DNA of 64,000 bases from Macrostomum lignano (taxonomy: Eukaryota), in assembly GCA_002269645.1 (NCBI GenBank), contig NIVC01001090.1:1-64000 (forward strand). The letters run 5' to 3'. The notes under the pieces were generated by a model. The model saw only the letters and a list, made by a program, of their open reading frames with translations, had not been told where the DNA came from and did not search any database. A program made the translations under genes and the position numbers. Numbering within the stretch: position 1 is the stretch's first letter; each line of letters starts with the position of its first letter. Shown here piece by piece: positions 1 to 12,335 of this stretch.

Positions 1-44
1 TGGACTTGTCCGGCCAGGTTTGACGATCAGGGTGAGTGGCGAGC

Positions 45-300
45 GGATAGACCCCAATCCTCTCCAGATCCAAAATCCCCCTCCCAGATCCCAATCCCTC
101 TCCCAGATCCCAATCCCCCTCCCAGATCCCAATCCCCTCCCAGATCCCAATCCCCCTCCCAGATCCCAATCCCCCTCCCAGATCCCAATCCCCTCCAGAT
201 CCCAATCCCCCTCCCAGATCCCAATCCCCTCTCAGATCCAATCCCCTCCCAGATCCCAATCCCCCTCCCAGATCCCAATCCCTCTCCCAGATCCCAATCC
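45..300. repeat. Minisatellite, ~18-20-bp unit CCCAGATCCCAATCCCCT(C)
   Basis: Unit repeated in tandem, read directly; explains the low-complexity ORFs 20..340 and 27..302. Confidence 0.9.
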
Positions 301-783
301 ACTCCAGCTCTCCAATCTGACTCTGAGCTCTCTAATCTGACTCCAAGCTCTCCAATCTCACTCTGAGCTCTCTAATCTCACTCCCAGCTCTCCAGTCTGA
401 CTCTGAGCTCTCCAATCTGACTCCCAGCTCTCCAGTCTGACTCTGAGCTCTCCAATCTGACTCCCAGCTATCCAGTCGGACTCTGAGCTCTCTAATCTGA
501 CTCTGAGCTCTCCAATCTCACTCTGAGCTCTCCAATCGCACTCCCAGCTCTCTAATCTCACTCCCAGCTCTCTAATCTCACTCCCAGCTCTCTAATCCCA
601 CTCCCAGCTCTCCAATCTGACTCTGAGCTCTCTAATCTCACTCTAAGCTCTCTAATCTCACTCCAGCTCTCCAATCTCACTCTGAGCTCTCCAATCTGCT
701 CCCAGCTCTCCAGTCTGACTCTGAGCTCTCTAATCTCACTCCCAGCTCTCCAATCTCACTCTGAGCTCTAATCGCACTCCCAG
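301..783. repeat. Minisatellite, ~20-bp unit CTCTC(C/T)AATCT(G/C)ACTC(TGAG/CCAG)
   Basis: Tandem copies read directly. Confidence 0.9.
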
Positions 784-847
784 ATACAAATCCCACACCT
801 AGATCCCCCAATCCTAATCCTGTGTTTCTTACCTTTTCTCCATAACG

Positions 848-1132
848 CGGTCCCCATCAAAGTGCCAAATTTCGAGCTTGTCATGAGCAGCGGAAGCACA
901 GCAACTAAAACATCCCAAACCTTCAGCAGGCTACACAGCGGAGAATCTTTATCGCTCCAGACGGCACAGCGACGCGGCAACGTCGCTGGATTCTGGGCGC
1001 CTGTTCGCGCCATCTACGCTGGGCTTTGGCCCCGGGTCGGGCGCCGCTGCATTCGGTCACAGGCACCAGAGCGTGTGCTTCTCACCGACTGCGACTCCGA
1101 TGCGAAAAAACGTCTCAGAGAGGGTGGCCCAT
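848..1132 (+). CDS. KCNH2: ERG-type K+ channel, probable exon (PAC remnant plus linker); start uncertain, apparent 1-nt frameshift near 886
   Basis: VPIK..NFELVM resembles ERG VPVK...NFEVVM. After a 1-nt shift the frame is open to KNVSERVAH followed by GTGAGA (1133), matching hERG HNVTEKVTQ and in phase 0 with the next exon. Confidence 0.55.
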
Positions 1133-1546
1133 GTGAGAGGCTATTTATAACCATATCGGCTCAAAACATATAGGCTCTGATTTTGTTTTAACTCCATTAA
1201 TTGCATCATTGCTCATCATGCACCCACCGTGGCAGAGCGGTGTCAATGTTGCAAATCAATTCGATCGAGTAAGTCGATTTTGATTGGTCATGAAAACAGG
1301 GAAAACTAAAACAGGGAAAACTAAAAAAGGGACTAATTTAGTTGTCCCTGCAGGAGAAAAAAACTGATCAAGTTGCTGTGCTGTGACAATGACGGAATTC
1401 TTCAACTAATCCATACTGATCCTAATAACTTTGAAATAAAGATTTTCTGTTGCGAGTTCAAAGGCACGGATTTGAATGCATCAAAGCTTGTAGCGGGAAT
1501 CGTTGAAAGTAATATGAGCAGCGGATTTGCTTATTTCCTGTCACAG

Positions 1547-1742
1547 ATGCTCTCACTCGGCTCGGAGACCCTGCCGGAGTACAAGCTGCAGTCGCCTCGG
1601 GTGCACAGCTGCACGATACTGCACTATTCGCCATTCAAGGCCGTATGGGACTGGTTTTATCCTGGTGTTGGTCATCTACACGGCCATTTTTACACCCTAT
1701 GTGGCCGCCTTTCTACTGAACGATGAGGGCAAACGTAAAAGC
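1547..1742 (+). CDS. KCNH2: ERG-type K+ channel exon (pre-S1 and S1)
   Basis: CAG|[37 protein letters not shown](I)[19 protein letters not shown]...|GTGAGT. 196 nt = 195+1; the extra T lies in TTTT at 1655-1658. Confidence 0.92.
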
Positions 1743-1774
1743 GTGAGTAACCAAAGCGTGAGTCCCGCTTCACT

Positions 1775-2452
1775 TCAGTTGTAGCTCTGGTCTCAGGGAA
1801 GTGAGACACAATGGACTGCAAGGGTTCAGTTGTAGTCTGGTCTCAGGGAAGTGAGACACAATGGACTGCAAGGGTTCAGTTGTAGTCTGGTCTCAGGGAA
1901 GTGAGACACAATGGACTGCAAGGGTTCAGTTGTAGCTCTGGTCTCAGGGAAGTGAGACACAATGGACTGCAAGGGTTCAGTTGTAGCTAATGGTCTCAGG
2001 GAAGTGAGACACAATGGACTGCAAGGGTTCAGTTGTAGCTCTGGTCTCAGGAAAGTGAGACACAATGGACTGCAAGGGTTCAGTTGTAGCTCTGGTCTCA
2101 GGGAAGTGAGACACAATGGACTGCAAGGGTTCAGTTGTAGCTCTGGTCTCAGGGAAGTGAGACACAATGGACTGCAAGGGTTCAGTTGTAGCTCTGGTCT
2201 CAGGGAAGTGAGACACAATTGACTGCAAGGGTTCAGTTGTAGCTCTGTTCTCAGGGAAGTGAGACACAATGGACTTCAAGGGTTCAGTTGTAGCTCTGGT
2301 CTCAGGGAAGTGAGACACAATGGACTGCAAGGGTTCAGTTGTAGCTCTGGTCTCGGGAAAGTGAGACACAATTGACTGCAAGGGTTCAGTTGTACGAGCT
2401 AGCTCTGGTCTCAGGAAAGTGAGACAATTGACTACTAGGGTTCAGTTGTAGA
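1775..2452. repeat. 51-bp tandem repeat (GTTGTAGCTCTGGTCTCAGGGAAGTGAGACACAATGGACTGCAAGGGTTCA), ~13 copies, intronic
   Basis: Read directly; unit contains a small GTCTCA/TGAGAC inverted pair. Confidence 0.95.
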
Positions 2453-2543
2453 ATCGATGTCGAGGTAACTGTATAGTTAATATCAAGGTTAATATCAATG
2501 CAGTGACACAGGCTGTATAACTACCGAACTGAACGTTTTACAG

Positions 2544-2768
2544 CGCTTGGACTATGCCGACCCGCTGACAATCATAGACATAGTTGTGGACATCATGTTC
2601 ATCGTGGACATTCTCATCAATTTTCGCACCACCTACGTGAACAAGAATGACGAAGTCGTGTCACATCCTGGTCGCATCGCTGTGCACTACTTCAAAGGCT
2701 GGTTTCTCATTGACGTGGTGGCGGCGATACCCTTTGATCTGCTGCTTTGGGGCTCCGAGACCGATGAG
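2544..2768 (+). CDS. KCNH2: ERG-type K+ channel exon (S2-S3)
   Basis: CAG|[67 protein letters not shown]...ETDE|GTAATC; 225 nt, phase 0. Confidence 0.96.
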
Positions 2769-3340
2769 GTAATCTCCGTGCAGAGGGGACGCACTTAAAC
2801 CATAGTATCATTTCCAGTAAAAAATCGAAATATTTATTTTGCGTTTGCTGCTAATTCTTCTTAAGTTTTGTCATCGGAGTATTTTGACCGGGGACTGCGG
2901 ATGCTACTGGACTACACGGAATTGACACTGGCGCAAAATCATCAAACATGTTGTCGGCTGCAGAAGAAAACGACCGATGTTGGGACTGCAGGCAAAGCAT
3001 TTGAGGGGGGAGAGACAGCTGGTTTTTAATAGGAATTTATTCTATCGAATGCGTCAGGCTGCCCGCCATAAAGCAACGCCAAGAAGCTTCAGTGCAGGAC
3101 ACTGTTTGGAAGCGATCTGCACGGCAGCGAATTTTCCGATGGTGTTTCTGATGAAAAAAAGTCTACTGCATCAGGAGAGGCAGCTGCACTTCTGGCTGCA
3201 CAGTGAAACACGCGGAAACTTTTAGATCTACCTTAACCCTGCGTCCTATTTGATTTTTTCTTCATTCAGAATTTCTTTATTCTTCATTCAAATTGGTGCG
3301 CGGCCGTCAGCAGCCTGACGTGGCAGCGTGGCAGAAATTT

Positions 3341-3834
3341 TCCATAGACAAACCATAGAAAAGCCATAGACAAACCATAGAAAAGCCATAGACAAACCAT
3401 AGAAAAGCCATAGACAACCATAGAAAAGCCATAGACAACCATAAAAAAGCCATAGACAAACCATAGAAAAGCCATAGACAAACCATAGAAAAGCCATAGA
3501 CAAACCATAGAAAATCCATAGACAAACCATAGAAAAGCCATAGACAAACCATAGAAAAGCCATAGACAAACCATAGAAAAGCCATAGACAAACCATAGAA
3601 AAGCCATAGACAAACCATAGAAAAGCCATAGACAAACCATAGAAAAGCCATAGACAAACCATAGAAAAGCCATAGACAAACCATAGAAAATCCATAGACA
3701 AACCATAGAAAAGCCATAGACAAACCATAGAAAATCCATAGACAAACCATAGAAAAGCCATAGACAAACCATAGAAAAGCCATAGACAAACCATAGAAAA
3801 GCCATAGACAAACCATAGAAAAGCCATAGACAAC
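3341..3834. repeat. 22-bp tandem repeat CCATAGACAAACCATAGAAAAG, ~22 copies, intronic
   Basis: Read directly. Confidence 0.95.
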
Positions 3835-4433
3835 AGAAATGAAATTGTTTTTAACTGCGAGCAATCCGGGCCACAGCGGGAGGCAGAGAGGACAACAAGA
3901 TAAAATCAATCTCTGGTGTACAGACAGAGGATTACTGGATGCATACGTGACTGGTGGTTTGGTGGATTTCATGTCAACGAAATTGATACCAAAAATACGT
4001 CATTCTGCTCAAAGAGACACCAGGAAGCTGGATTCGGCAAAAAAGTTACAATTTTTTCGAAAGTTACAAATGGAAAATTAGGGACTATTATGTAAACTTA
4101 AGTTCATAAGGTGGAGTCCCAAATTGTCTCCTTGCTTGTTCTCTCCTATCCCAGGTCCAATCTTTGTAACTTTTTTAACCAAATTTTTGCCCAGTCGCAC
4201 GGTAGAACGATTGGTTTTTAAATTCTGGGGAAAAAACATGACAAAAACACCGATCAGTCTACTGTCAGTAGTCGGGTATAGGGTCGCTGCACACCCTGTG
4301 TGAGCGAGTGCCTGTGTACATATACTGCATGTGCATGTAAGTGGCTATTGACTCAGAGTTAGTCACCGAAGTGACAGTTGATTTCAACAGTTTTTCAATA
4401 ACTGACGCCAAGCTGCTAACTATCATTCTACAG

Positions 4434-4661
4434 CCTACAACGCTGATTGGCCTGTTGAAAACGGCCCGCCTGCTGCGATTGGTCCGCGTGGCTCGCAAGC
4501 TGGACCGGTACTCGGAGTACGGCGCTGCCGTCCTGCTGCTGCTCATGGCCACGTTCGCACTGATCGCGCACTGGCTGGCGTGCATCTGGTACGCCATAGG
4601 CAACATCGAGAGGCCGAACCTGCCGCAGCCAATCGGCTGGCTGGATCAGCTGGCCGATCAG
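4434..4661 (+). CDS. KCNH2: ERG-type K+ channel exon (S4 voltage sensor, S5)
   Basis: [53 protein letters not shown]; CAG acceptor 4431-4433, GT donor 4662; 228 nt. Confidence 0.97.
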
Positions 4662-4842
4662 GTGTTTATCCAATTTAAATTTACCGACTATTAGGCATGA
4701 GTCTAATGTGCGCATGAAGACGAAATTCGGTGCTACCGTAAAGGAAATAGGACCAAACATAGGACCTACGTATTTCATTAAGAGATTATTCTATGGTCAA
4801 AAGCCCTTGTATCAGTCCTAACTACAGGAGACATCGCGACCT

Positions 4843-5251
<409 letters not shown>

Positions 5252-5525
5252 GAGCGCACGAGTGGCAATTTGGCCATTAGCTTAAATTATCACTTCAAAT
5301 TAGCTGCATTGATTGAATTGTCTATGGTCAAAACAGGACTTTCAGTTAATGACCAGCCGATGATGACTTTACGATCAATGACTGGGGTCTTAACTTTGGT
5401 TGTTATCTTGAACAAAAAAGTGCCAGTCGTACAACGCAGTTCATAAAACACCCCTGATTGTTCTAAGCAATTTATTTCATGCATTCATTTAGGCCAACGG
5501 GTCGACAGCCTGTTTTACCTCAATG

Positions 5526-5720
5526 GCCAGATAAAGAACCTTGCCAATGGCTGCGGGCCAGATGAGAGAGGAAAGGAGAGGGAATAGAGGGAGAGAGAAG
5601 TGAGAAGAGGAGATGGAGATGAGAGATGAGAGAAGAGAGGAAAGAAAAGAGAGAAGATGAGAGGAGAAAAGGCAGAAGAGAAGAAAGAGAGGGGTGAGAG
5701 GAGGTAAGAGAGCTAAGAAG
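5526..5720. repeat. Dispersed repeat copy: GCCAGATAAAGAA...GCTGCGGGCCAGATGAGAG followed by a purine-rich tract
   Basis: The same motif and tail recur at ~33712 and ~35856. Confidence 0.6.
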
Positions 5721-6007
5721 AGACCTTGAGAAGGCCGGATCGCCATTGTGAAGTTTCAAAGGACCCGAGGGCCGGATAGAGAGGCTTCACGAGCTGTAGT
5801 TTGCCGACCCTTGCTTTAGGCGGTTGTTCCAGCTGAGGAAGAATACGTTTGATGCCACCAAAAAATCCCTACAGTCTCCCATTTCTGTAGCGTAATCTTC
5901 ACAGAATTCAACTTTAGACTGTTTTTCACCATAACAGTGCATAGAAATTTCAAACACCCTTCATTAGTAGTCCGTTAATCAAGCAGCCTCCGGCCCCATC
6001 TCTGCAG

Positions 6008-6585
6008 ACCCAACAGCAGTACAAGACCAATGAGAGCGGCTCGGGTCCGTCTCTCAAGTCAAAGTACATCACGGCTCTGTACTTCACCTTCTCCAGCCTG
6101 ACCTCGGTGGGTTTCGGCAACGTATCTCCTAATACTAACATGGAGAAAGTGTTCAGCATCTGCGTGATGCTCATCGGCAGCCTGATGTATGCCAGCATCT
6201 TTGGCAACGTCTCCGCCATCATTCAGCGCCTGTACAGCGGCACCGCGCGCTATCACACCCAGATGCTGCGAGTTCGCGAGTTCATCCGATTCCACCAGAT
6301 CCCCAACCCGCTGCGCCAGCGGCTCGAGGAATATTTCCAGCACGCCTGGTCCTACACCAATGGCATCGACATGAACCTGGTGCTAAAAGGCTTTCCGGAG
6401 TGCCTGCAGGCCGACATCTGCCTGCACCTGAACCGCAACCTGCTGCGCAACTGCCCCGCATTCCGCGAAGCGAGTCCCGGTTGTTTGCGCACGCTGTCGT
6501 TGAAATTCAAGTCGACTCACGTGCCGCCTGGAGACATCCTGGTGCACCGGGGTGACATTCTCAGCGCGCTCTACTTTGTTGCCAG
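6008..6585 (+). CDS. KCNH2: ERG-type K+ channel exon (pore, S6, C-linker, start of CNBHD)
   Basis: [68 protein letters not shown]...; GFG filter; donor at 6586, phase 2. Confidence 0.98.
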
Positions 6586-6958
6586 GTACAAATAGCTCCT
6601 TCTGGATACCTTTTTACTCCTTTGTGTGCTCACTTCAGTAGGTTGGTGCGTAGACATTTAGTGCGTAGACTCGCCATCTAGTGCCCCCATTTGGGGCGCC
6701 CAATAAGCAAGGAACAAAAATCATTTGTGTGAACCCTATTTGCCTTGAAATCTCCGCAATTCTATTCGACCTTGTCTTTAATTACCTCGTCCGTCGTCCC
6801 ATCGTCAAAGGCGTCACGAGACAACGGTAGACAACTTCGGAACAGAGCTTCAAATTTTTTCCATTTTTACGTGCAAGGGCTATGTTCCTTGGAAACTATG
6901 TTCTTACGTCCCTACAAGTATAAACCATATTTCCATTGCTTACCACCGTCATTATCAG

Positions 6959-7235
6959 AGGCAGCATCGAAATCCTCAAGGAGGACACAGTGCTGGCCAT
7001 CCTGGGCAAAGATGACATCTTCGGCGAGATGCCCTGCGCCTACGAGACAGTCGGCAAGTCACGTTGCAACGTGCGCGCCTTGACCTACTGCGACCTGCAC
7101 AAAATCCAGCGAGAGGATCTCATTGAAACGCTCGAGATGTATCCCGGCTTTGCTGAGAACTTTGTCCGCAATCTGGAGATCACGTTTGACCTGAGAGATG
7201 AGGAGCTGTCTCTATCGGGCCGGCGACGCCTCGTA
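6959..7235 (+). CDS. KCNH2: ERG-type K+ channel exon (CNBHD)
   Basis: Phase-2 join restores [24 protein letters not shown]...[13 protein letters not shown]...LEITFDLRD; GTAAGT donor at 7236. Confidence 0.95.
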
Positions 7236-7335
7236 GTAAGTCCTTGGTAGATCTTGGTAGTCCTTGATAAGTCCTTGGTAGAAACAAAAAATTGTCGGAA
7301 AATTCCACCGAATCACCGCTACGGTTTTTACAGAG

Positions 7336-7908
7336 CAGTCATTCGACACATCGGGCCAGCAGAATTGCGACGCCTCGTCGCGAAGCAGCGGAAAGTCGGC
7401 GCCGCAATCGCCAGTCACCGCCGTCGCTCGGATGATGGCCGAGGCGGCGCGAAGTCAAGGCAGCCGCCTGCTGCTTGGCATGTCGACGTCGTCGCAGAAA
7501 CAGCAGCAGGAGCAGCGTCAGGCGTCCTCACCGACGCCGCCACCGCCGCCTCCGCCTGCCCCGCTATTGACATCAATGACGGCTACTACGACAACCGCGG
7601 CAACCGCTTCGCAGGCTGGTCGGCAGCGAAAAAGCTGGGCGAATCTGCGCGAATCCGCGGATCCGGCCTCTATGGGGGGTCGTCAATTTCTCCTGGCTCC
7701 GCCGTCGGCAACTCCGTCCTGTGGGATGTCGAGCGGCGGAGGCATACTGGAGTTCTCGCCAGCCAAAGCTGGCCTGGATGTGACGCCGGCCAACTTTGAT
7801 TTCGCTTCGGGAGCTGCACACCGACAGGCGGTGCAGGGGGCGGCCAGCAGCGGAAGTGGTCTAGCTCACAGGGCGGTTTCCACTCTGCAGAGCATGGTTT
7901 TTGGCCAG
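7336..7908 (+). CDS. KCNH2: ERG-type K+ channel exon (low-complexity C-terminal tail)
   Basis: Open frame in phase 0 between a tandem AG acceptor (start 7336 or 7339) and CAG|GTGGGT at 7909; sequence not conserved. Confidence 0.7.
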
Positions 7909-8163
7909 GTGGGTAGACAAGACCATTGGGCTAATTGGGCTTGGGATCCGGAACTCGATGCTAAATTGGTAGTTTTGGATCTAGAAATTTATGCTGCATC
8001 GGTAGTTTGGGATCGGTAACTCGGTGCTGCATTGGTAGCTTGGGACTAAGAATGCTGCATTGATCGTTAAGATTTGCAACTGGCAACTTTGTTTCAGGCT
8101 TGAAATCAAATTGAAGTCAAAGATCCAGGAACAGGTACTTTCTGAATTCTGCTATTTAAATTT

Positions 8164-8568
8164 AATTCAACCGCCTCACCTCGCCAGCACCAGCACCAGC
8201 CAGAGGCTCGGTCAGTCAGCCAAGCCAGTCAGGACACTCAAGCGACCACCCTGATCACTACGTCGGCAATGCCAGCGTCGACAATAGTCGAAACGGCTCC
8301 GTCGACTTCGTTGGCTCTGGAGCAACTCTATGCCAAGGTGGCATCGCTGGAGGAGCACCTGGACAGACTGGAGGCCAAGCTGGAGACGGACCTACAGACT
8401 GTGCTGCACCTGCTGGGCGGCGGAGGGGAGCAGATGCCGGCTGCAGGTGACGAAGACATCTCTGCTGCTGATGCCGCATCCGCACGCGCTGAAGATCCCA
8501 GTCCGGTTGTCTGCACCGTTCGGGAAGCGAACGGAACTGTCCGAGAGATTCGACGAACATCGCACTGA
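8164..8568 (+). CDS. KCNH2: ERG-type K+ channel terminal exon with tetramerising coiled coil; 5' boundary uncertain
   Basis: LEQLYAKVASLEEHLDRLEAKLETDLQTVLHLL resembles the hERG C-terminal coiled coil (LNRLETRLSADMATVLQLL); TGA at 8566-8568. Confidence 0.75.
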   Translation, partial: NSTASPRQHQHQPEARSVSQASQDTQATTLITTSAMPASTIVETAPSTSLALEQLYAKVASLEEHLDRLEAKLETDLQTVLHLLGGGGEQMPAAGDEDISAADAASARAEDPSPVVCTVREANGTVREIRRTSH

Positions 8569-10134
8569 GATTTGGGATGACATCGAATAGATTTCAATTG
8601 AGCACTCGAAATAACGACTTAACTTGGCGTTGAAGTCTGTACGCGCCCCTAACTTAATTTTTGTTGATTGTTAAAACATTATTTCGTTTTAAAAAACGTT
8701 TTAAATGTGCTAACCCCGTACGGACATTCAATACCGTTTTAGAGAGTGCAGCAACCAATGCCAGCTCGTAGACTTTTGCGCTTTCTGACGTAAGCTTGAT
8801 TGAGATCTAGAAGAACTGAACCGACAAAATATGATGAAATGTTAAAAATTTATCAAATTGGCAAATAATTTTATATCATATACTTATATTTAACTTGATT
8901 TTGCTTCAATTACAAAGCTAAGACTTGAAGTTGCTGGATAAATATCAGACTGATACAAAAAATTGACTTGATTGAAGCTTCCTAGCGCGATACCTCGTAT
9001 GCAGCGCTAGATTCGGCTAAATGGATAATCCTCCCGAGGGAGTGGAGCGAGGTCCGTGGGGGCATTTCCTGCCTAGCATTCGCAGAAACCAAATGGTCAA
9101 ACTGTTGTTTCGGCTATATGCCTGCGCACTTTGCCTTTTTTACATTCCTTCCTGCGGGAGTGGGGCAGAGCCTTTCAGGCGCTCTCTGGTTCCTGCAGCC
9201 CAGGTAGGTAGCAGGCGGACTTTGCGGGCGCATTAGGAGGTTAGGGTCGGACGGTTAGCCCGCAAAACCAGGGGGATTCAACTGTCAGGCGAGTGCACGG
9301 AGGTTGCATCAGGTTTTAGGGTTCGTCAGTAGCTTAGTAGCTAGGTAGGCAGGCAGACAGGCAGGCGGATGTACGGGCGTCGAGATAAGTTCCGCGGCCT
9401 TCACCCGCCCACTTCGGCCAGCAAGCCGATTTGCGCACTAACTTCAAGGAAGGAACGAAAGCGAACCAATAATTTCAATCAGTTGTACAGCACCCCGCCC
9501 TCATCATCTCTCTCCGCCTATTTTCTCCAGTGTTTCAAAGCGGATCGCATTCATCCCTCACACTTTATTTGGCAAGTTTGACTTCAAGCGCCTGGCAAGA
9601 TTTTTTGCCTGAATCTGCAAGTAGCTCGCAGCCTCAGAATTTTTCAGACACTCAGAACGATAAATAGACAGAGTGCAGGAGACCGATTTAAGGGGTTCAG
9701 TCTCTGACAGAATCGAAGAGGATTTTGTGCAAAACCGATCAATTCGAAGGTTTCCGCTGTAAGTCGCTGCGGAGCATTTTTTGTTTCTTACATTTTCTTT
9801 CTTGTCTACTGTGCGAGCGTAGGCATCAGTTGTAGTTTTAAATGGAGAAATATCAAAGAGATAAATGAGAGTACATTAAATTTACTAGAACCTGAGCTAT
9901 TCCAGCGAAATCTTTTAACACCTTGGAGCCTCACTAGGTCTTCTCGCTAGATTTTTTGATGCTCCATGGAGAGACACTTCACCGTGTCTATCAGCACCCA
10001 GCCAGATTTCATGACATCTCTTTTGATCCAGAATTCCTCACCCTGTTTTTAAGACGTAATGCACAAAAACACGAAAGACACTCGTGAGGTCCAAAGCCCG
10101 GGCATGGAGGGTGCGTAAATGCCAGACAAATGGA

Positions 10135-10472
10135 AAGTTAGGGGCGCCGTAAACCCTGCGTGAGCATGCGTCTGCTGCGTACATGTCCGTATGTGTGTTC
10201 CTGCTGCGTACATATCCGTTTGAGTGTGCCTGCTTCGTACATATCCGTATGTGTGTTCCTGCTGCGTACATATCCGTTTGAGTGTGCCTTTTTTATTAGA
10301 GGCAGGGGGGTTGTGTGCACCCTGGCGCACTTTAAGCGACATTGGCACACAACCGGCGAGAGGCATTACTGCCCATTCCGACGACTCCCCTGAGCAGGCA
10401 TACAAGCGCGCGGATACGTACGCAGGCACACACTCACACAGGAGTGTACAGCGGCCCTAACTTTATTTTATC
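10135..10472. mobile_element. Possible MITE with diverged inverted ends (AAAGTTAGGG...CCCTAACTTT)
   Basis: Left end AAAGTTAGGGGCGCCGTAAACCCTGCGTGAG resembles the reverse complement of the right end; related end fragments occur at ~4281-4325 and ~23498-23550; no TSD found. Confidence 0.4.
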
Positions 10473-10649
10473 GTTAGGCATGTACACTTCACTGCGCCTT
10501 GGGGGGTTGGCTCTCAAGGCCGTTAATTGCACGAGCAGAGCCAAGCCGAGATTCCAATTCAGCCCCAAATTAATGCGACTGCACTTGGAATCGAGCCTGG
10601 GTCGCTGGCACACCAGAGCCTGCGCTAGACCGCTGGGCTACGGCCCCCC

Positions 10650-10915
10650 ATGTGTGTGCCTGCTGCGTACATATCCGTATGTGTGTGCCTGCTGCGTACG
10701 TATCCGTATGTGTGCCTGCTGCGTGCATATCCGTATGTGTGCCTGCTGCGTACATATCCGTATGTGTGCCTGCTGCGTACATATCCGTATGTGTGCCTGC
10801 TGCGTACATATCCGTACTGTATGTGTGCCTGCTGCGTACATATCCGTATGTGTGCCTGCTGCGTACATATCCGTATGTGTGCCTGCTGCGTACATATCCG
10901 TATGTGTGCCTGCTC
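10650..10915. repeat. 27-bp tandem repeat GTGCCTGCTGCGTACATATCCGTATGT
   Basis: Read directly; also present as internal units at 10170-10280. Confidence 0.9.
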
Positions 10916-11107
10916 AGGGTTCAGCAGTATATGAATGACTGCTTTCCTTCCTGTCGCATTGATTCTTAACTGTGCTCAAGGCAAGGCCCTGCGAACTGAC
11001 TGACTAGACGATGCATCACTAGCATTGCAGCATGACTCCATGCATCGTACTGGCCTTCTGACACTCAGCCACTAGAAAAGTCCATGCATTTTTTTGTTTC
11101 TTATGAA

Positions 11108-11412
11108 ATGTCGAAATTCCGTTTCCAGTCAACTCAAAACGCCGTCTCCAGCCTCGACCGTAAAGCAAAAAAATGATCAACGACTTCTTCCGACGCCTCG
11201 ATGGCGAATCAAAACGGTCCTCCGACCATCACCAGTCGAACAACAGTGGTGGTGGCGGCGGCAGCGGTGGCAGCGGCGGCGGCGGCGGCGGAGTTCGCGG
11301 CCACGTGGAGAAGCAGTCGGACGGCTCGCTGCTGTACCGGGTGGCGTTTGACGTTCACGGATACGGGCCGGACGACCTGCGCATCAGCCTGATTGGCGAC
11401 CGGACCGTCCAG
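11108..11412 (+). CDS. Small heat-shock protein (p40/Tsp36-like, two alpha-crystallin domains), exon 1
   Basis: VEKQSDGSLLYRVAFDVHGYGPDDLRISL is an ACD beta3-beta4 pattern; donor CAG|GTAGGT at 11413. ATG 11173 is in frame; ATG 11108 joins if one A is missing from the A7 run at 11167-11173. Confidence 0.85.
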
Positions 11413-11720
11413 GTAGGTTAATCACTTTCATTTACTTTAAATAGACTTTAAATAGATAAAATTTTGTGTTTTCGTGCCGTGACTTTATCAGTGGTTCAAG
11501 GAGGTACCCTGCTTACTATGATAGATTTTTTATCATTTTATGCTATCTGTAGGGAGTAAAATCAATGAAATTGCTCTACATCTAAGCGAATTAGACACCC
11601 GTTCTGATCTAATGGCACCTCAAGGTGTGGTCATTCATCAATAAATATCCCCCAGTTCATTAGCGCACCAAAAGCCACATAGCTTACAGAGAGTTCTTCT
11701 CCGACACCACCGCACCGCAG

Positions 11721-12335
11721 GTGTCCGGCAGGGCCAGCCTGTCCGACGCTGGCTCTGGCAAACGGACCAACGTATCCTTCGACGAGCAGTTCACCCTGCC
11801 GGATGGGGTGGACACCAGCCAGCTGCGCTCGATGGTGACCAACGGTCAACTGGTTTTGTCGGCGCCGATTTTGTCCAGCGGCGTCAAGTCGTCCAACTCA
11901 ACTCTTCTGACTCCATCATCCGCTCAGCGGCAAGCTCAGAATCCTCCTGCTTCATCGCAGCAGCATCATCAACAGCAACAGCAACAGCAGCAACAGCAGC
12001 AGCAGCAACAACCACAGCACTCAACACTGAAACGGGTGAGCCTCTATCAGCTCGAGCTGGACCTTGGCCGGGGAGAGTTCTCCGCCAGCGACGTCCGCGT
12101 CGCCACCACCGATTCTGGCGCTCGCCTGGTGGTGCACTGCCAGCGACAGGCCCGCAGCGCCGGCAAAACCTCCTTCAGGGAGTTCCGTGACGAATTCGAC
12201 CTGCCGACGGGCCTTGACTTGGCCCGCATGACCGCCAGGCTGCGCAGCGACGGTCGCGTGTTCGTCGAAGCGCCGTTCCGACCGGAGCCGGAGCCCGGGT
12301 TCGAGTCCCAGCCGCTAACTGTGGTGCATCATTGA
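11721..12335 (+). CDS. Small heat-shock protein exon 2 (end of ACD1, poly-Q linker, complete ACD2)
   Basis: FDEQFTLPDGVDTSQLRSMVTNGQLVLSAP and FREFRDEFDLPTGLDLARMTARLRSDGRVFVEAP are both F-x-LP...L-x5-G-x-L-x3-AP ACD motifs; phase-0 acceptor at 11719-11720. Confidence 0.92.
   Translation: MSGRASLSDAGSGKRTNVSFDEQFTLPDGVDTSQLRSMVTNGQLVLSAPILSSGVKSSNSTLLTPSSAQRQAQNPPASSQQHHQQQQQQQQQQQQQQPQHSTLKRVSLYQLELDLGRGEFSASDVRVATTDSGARLVVHCQRQARSAGKTSFREFRDEFDLPTGLDLARMTARLRSDGRVFVEAPFRPEPEPGFESQPLTVVHH

Noticed and set aside
1655-1658. Frameshifts in KCNH2 (also ~886), the sHSP (A7 at 11167) and pPolB (G run ~55610) as pseudogenisation or recoding
   Set aside because: Most sit in homopolymer runs, and the host genes are otherwise highly conserved, so sequencing error is the simplest explanation.
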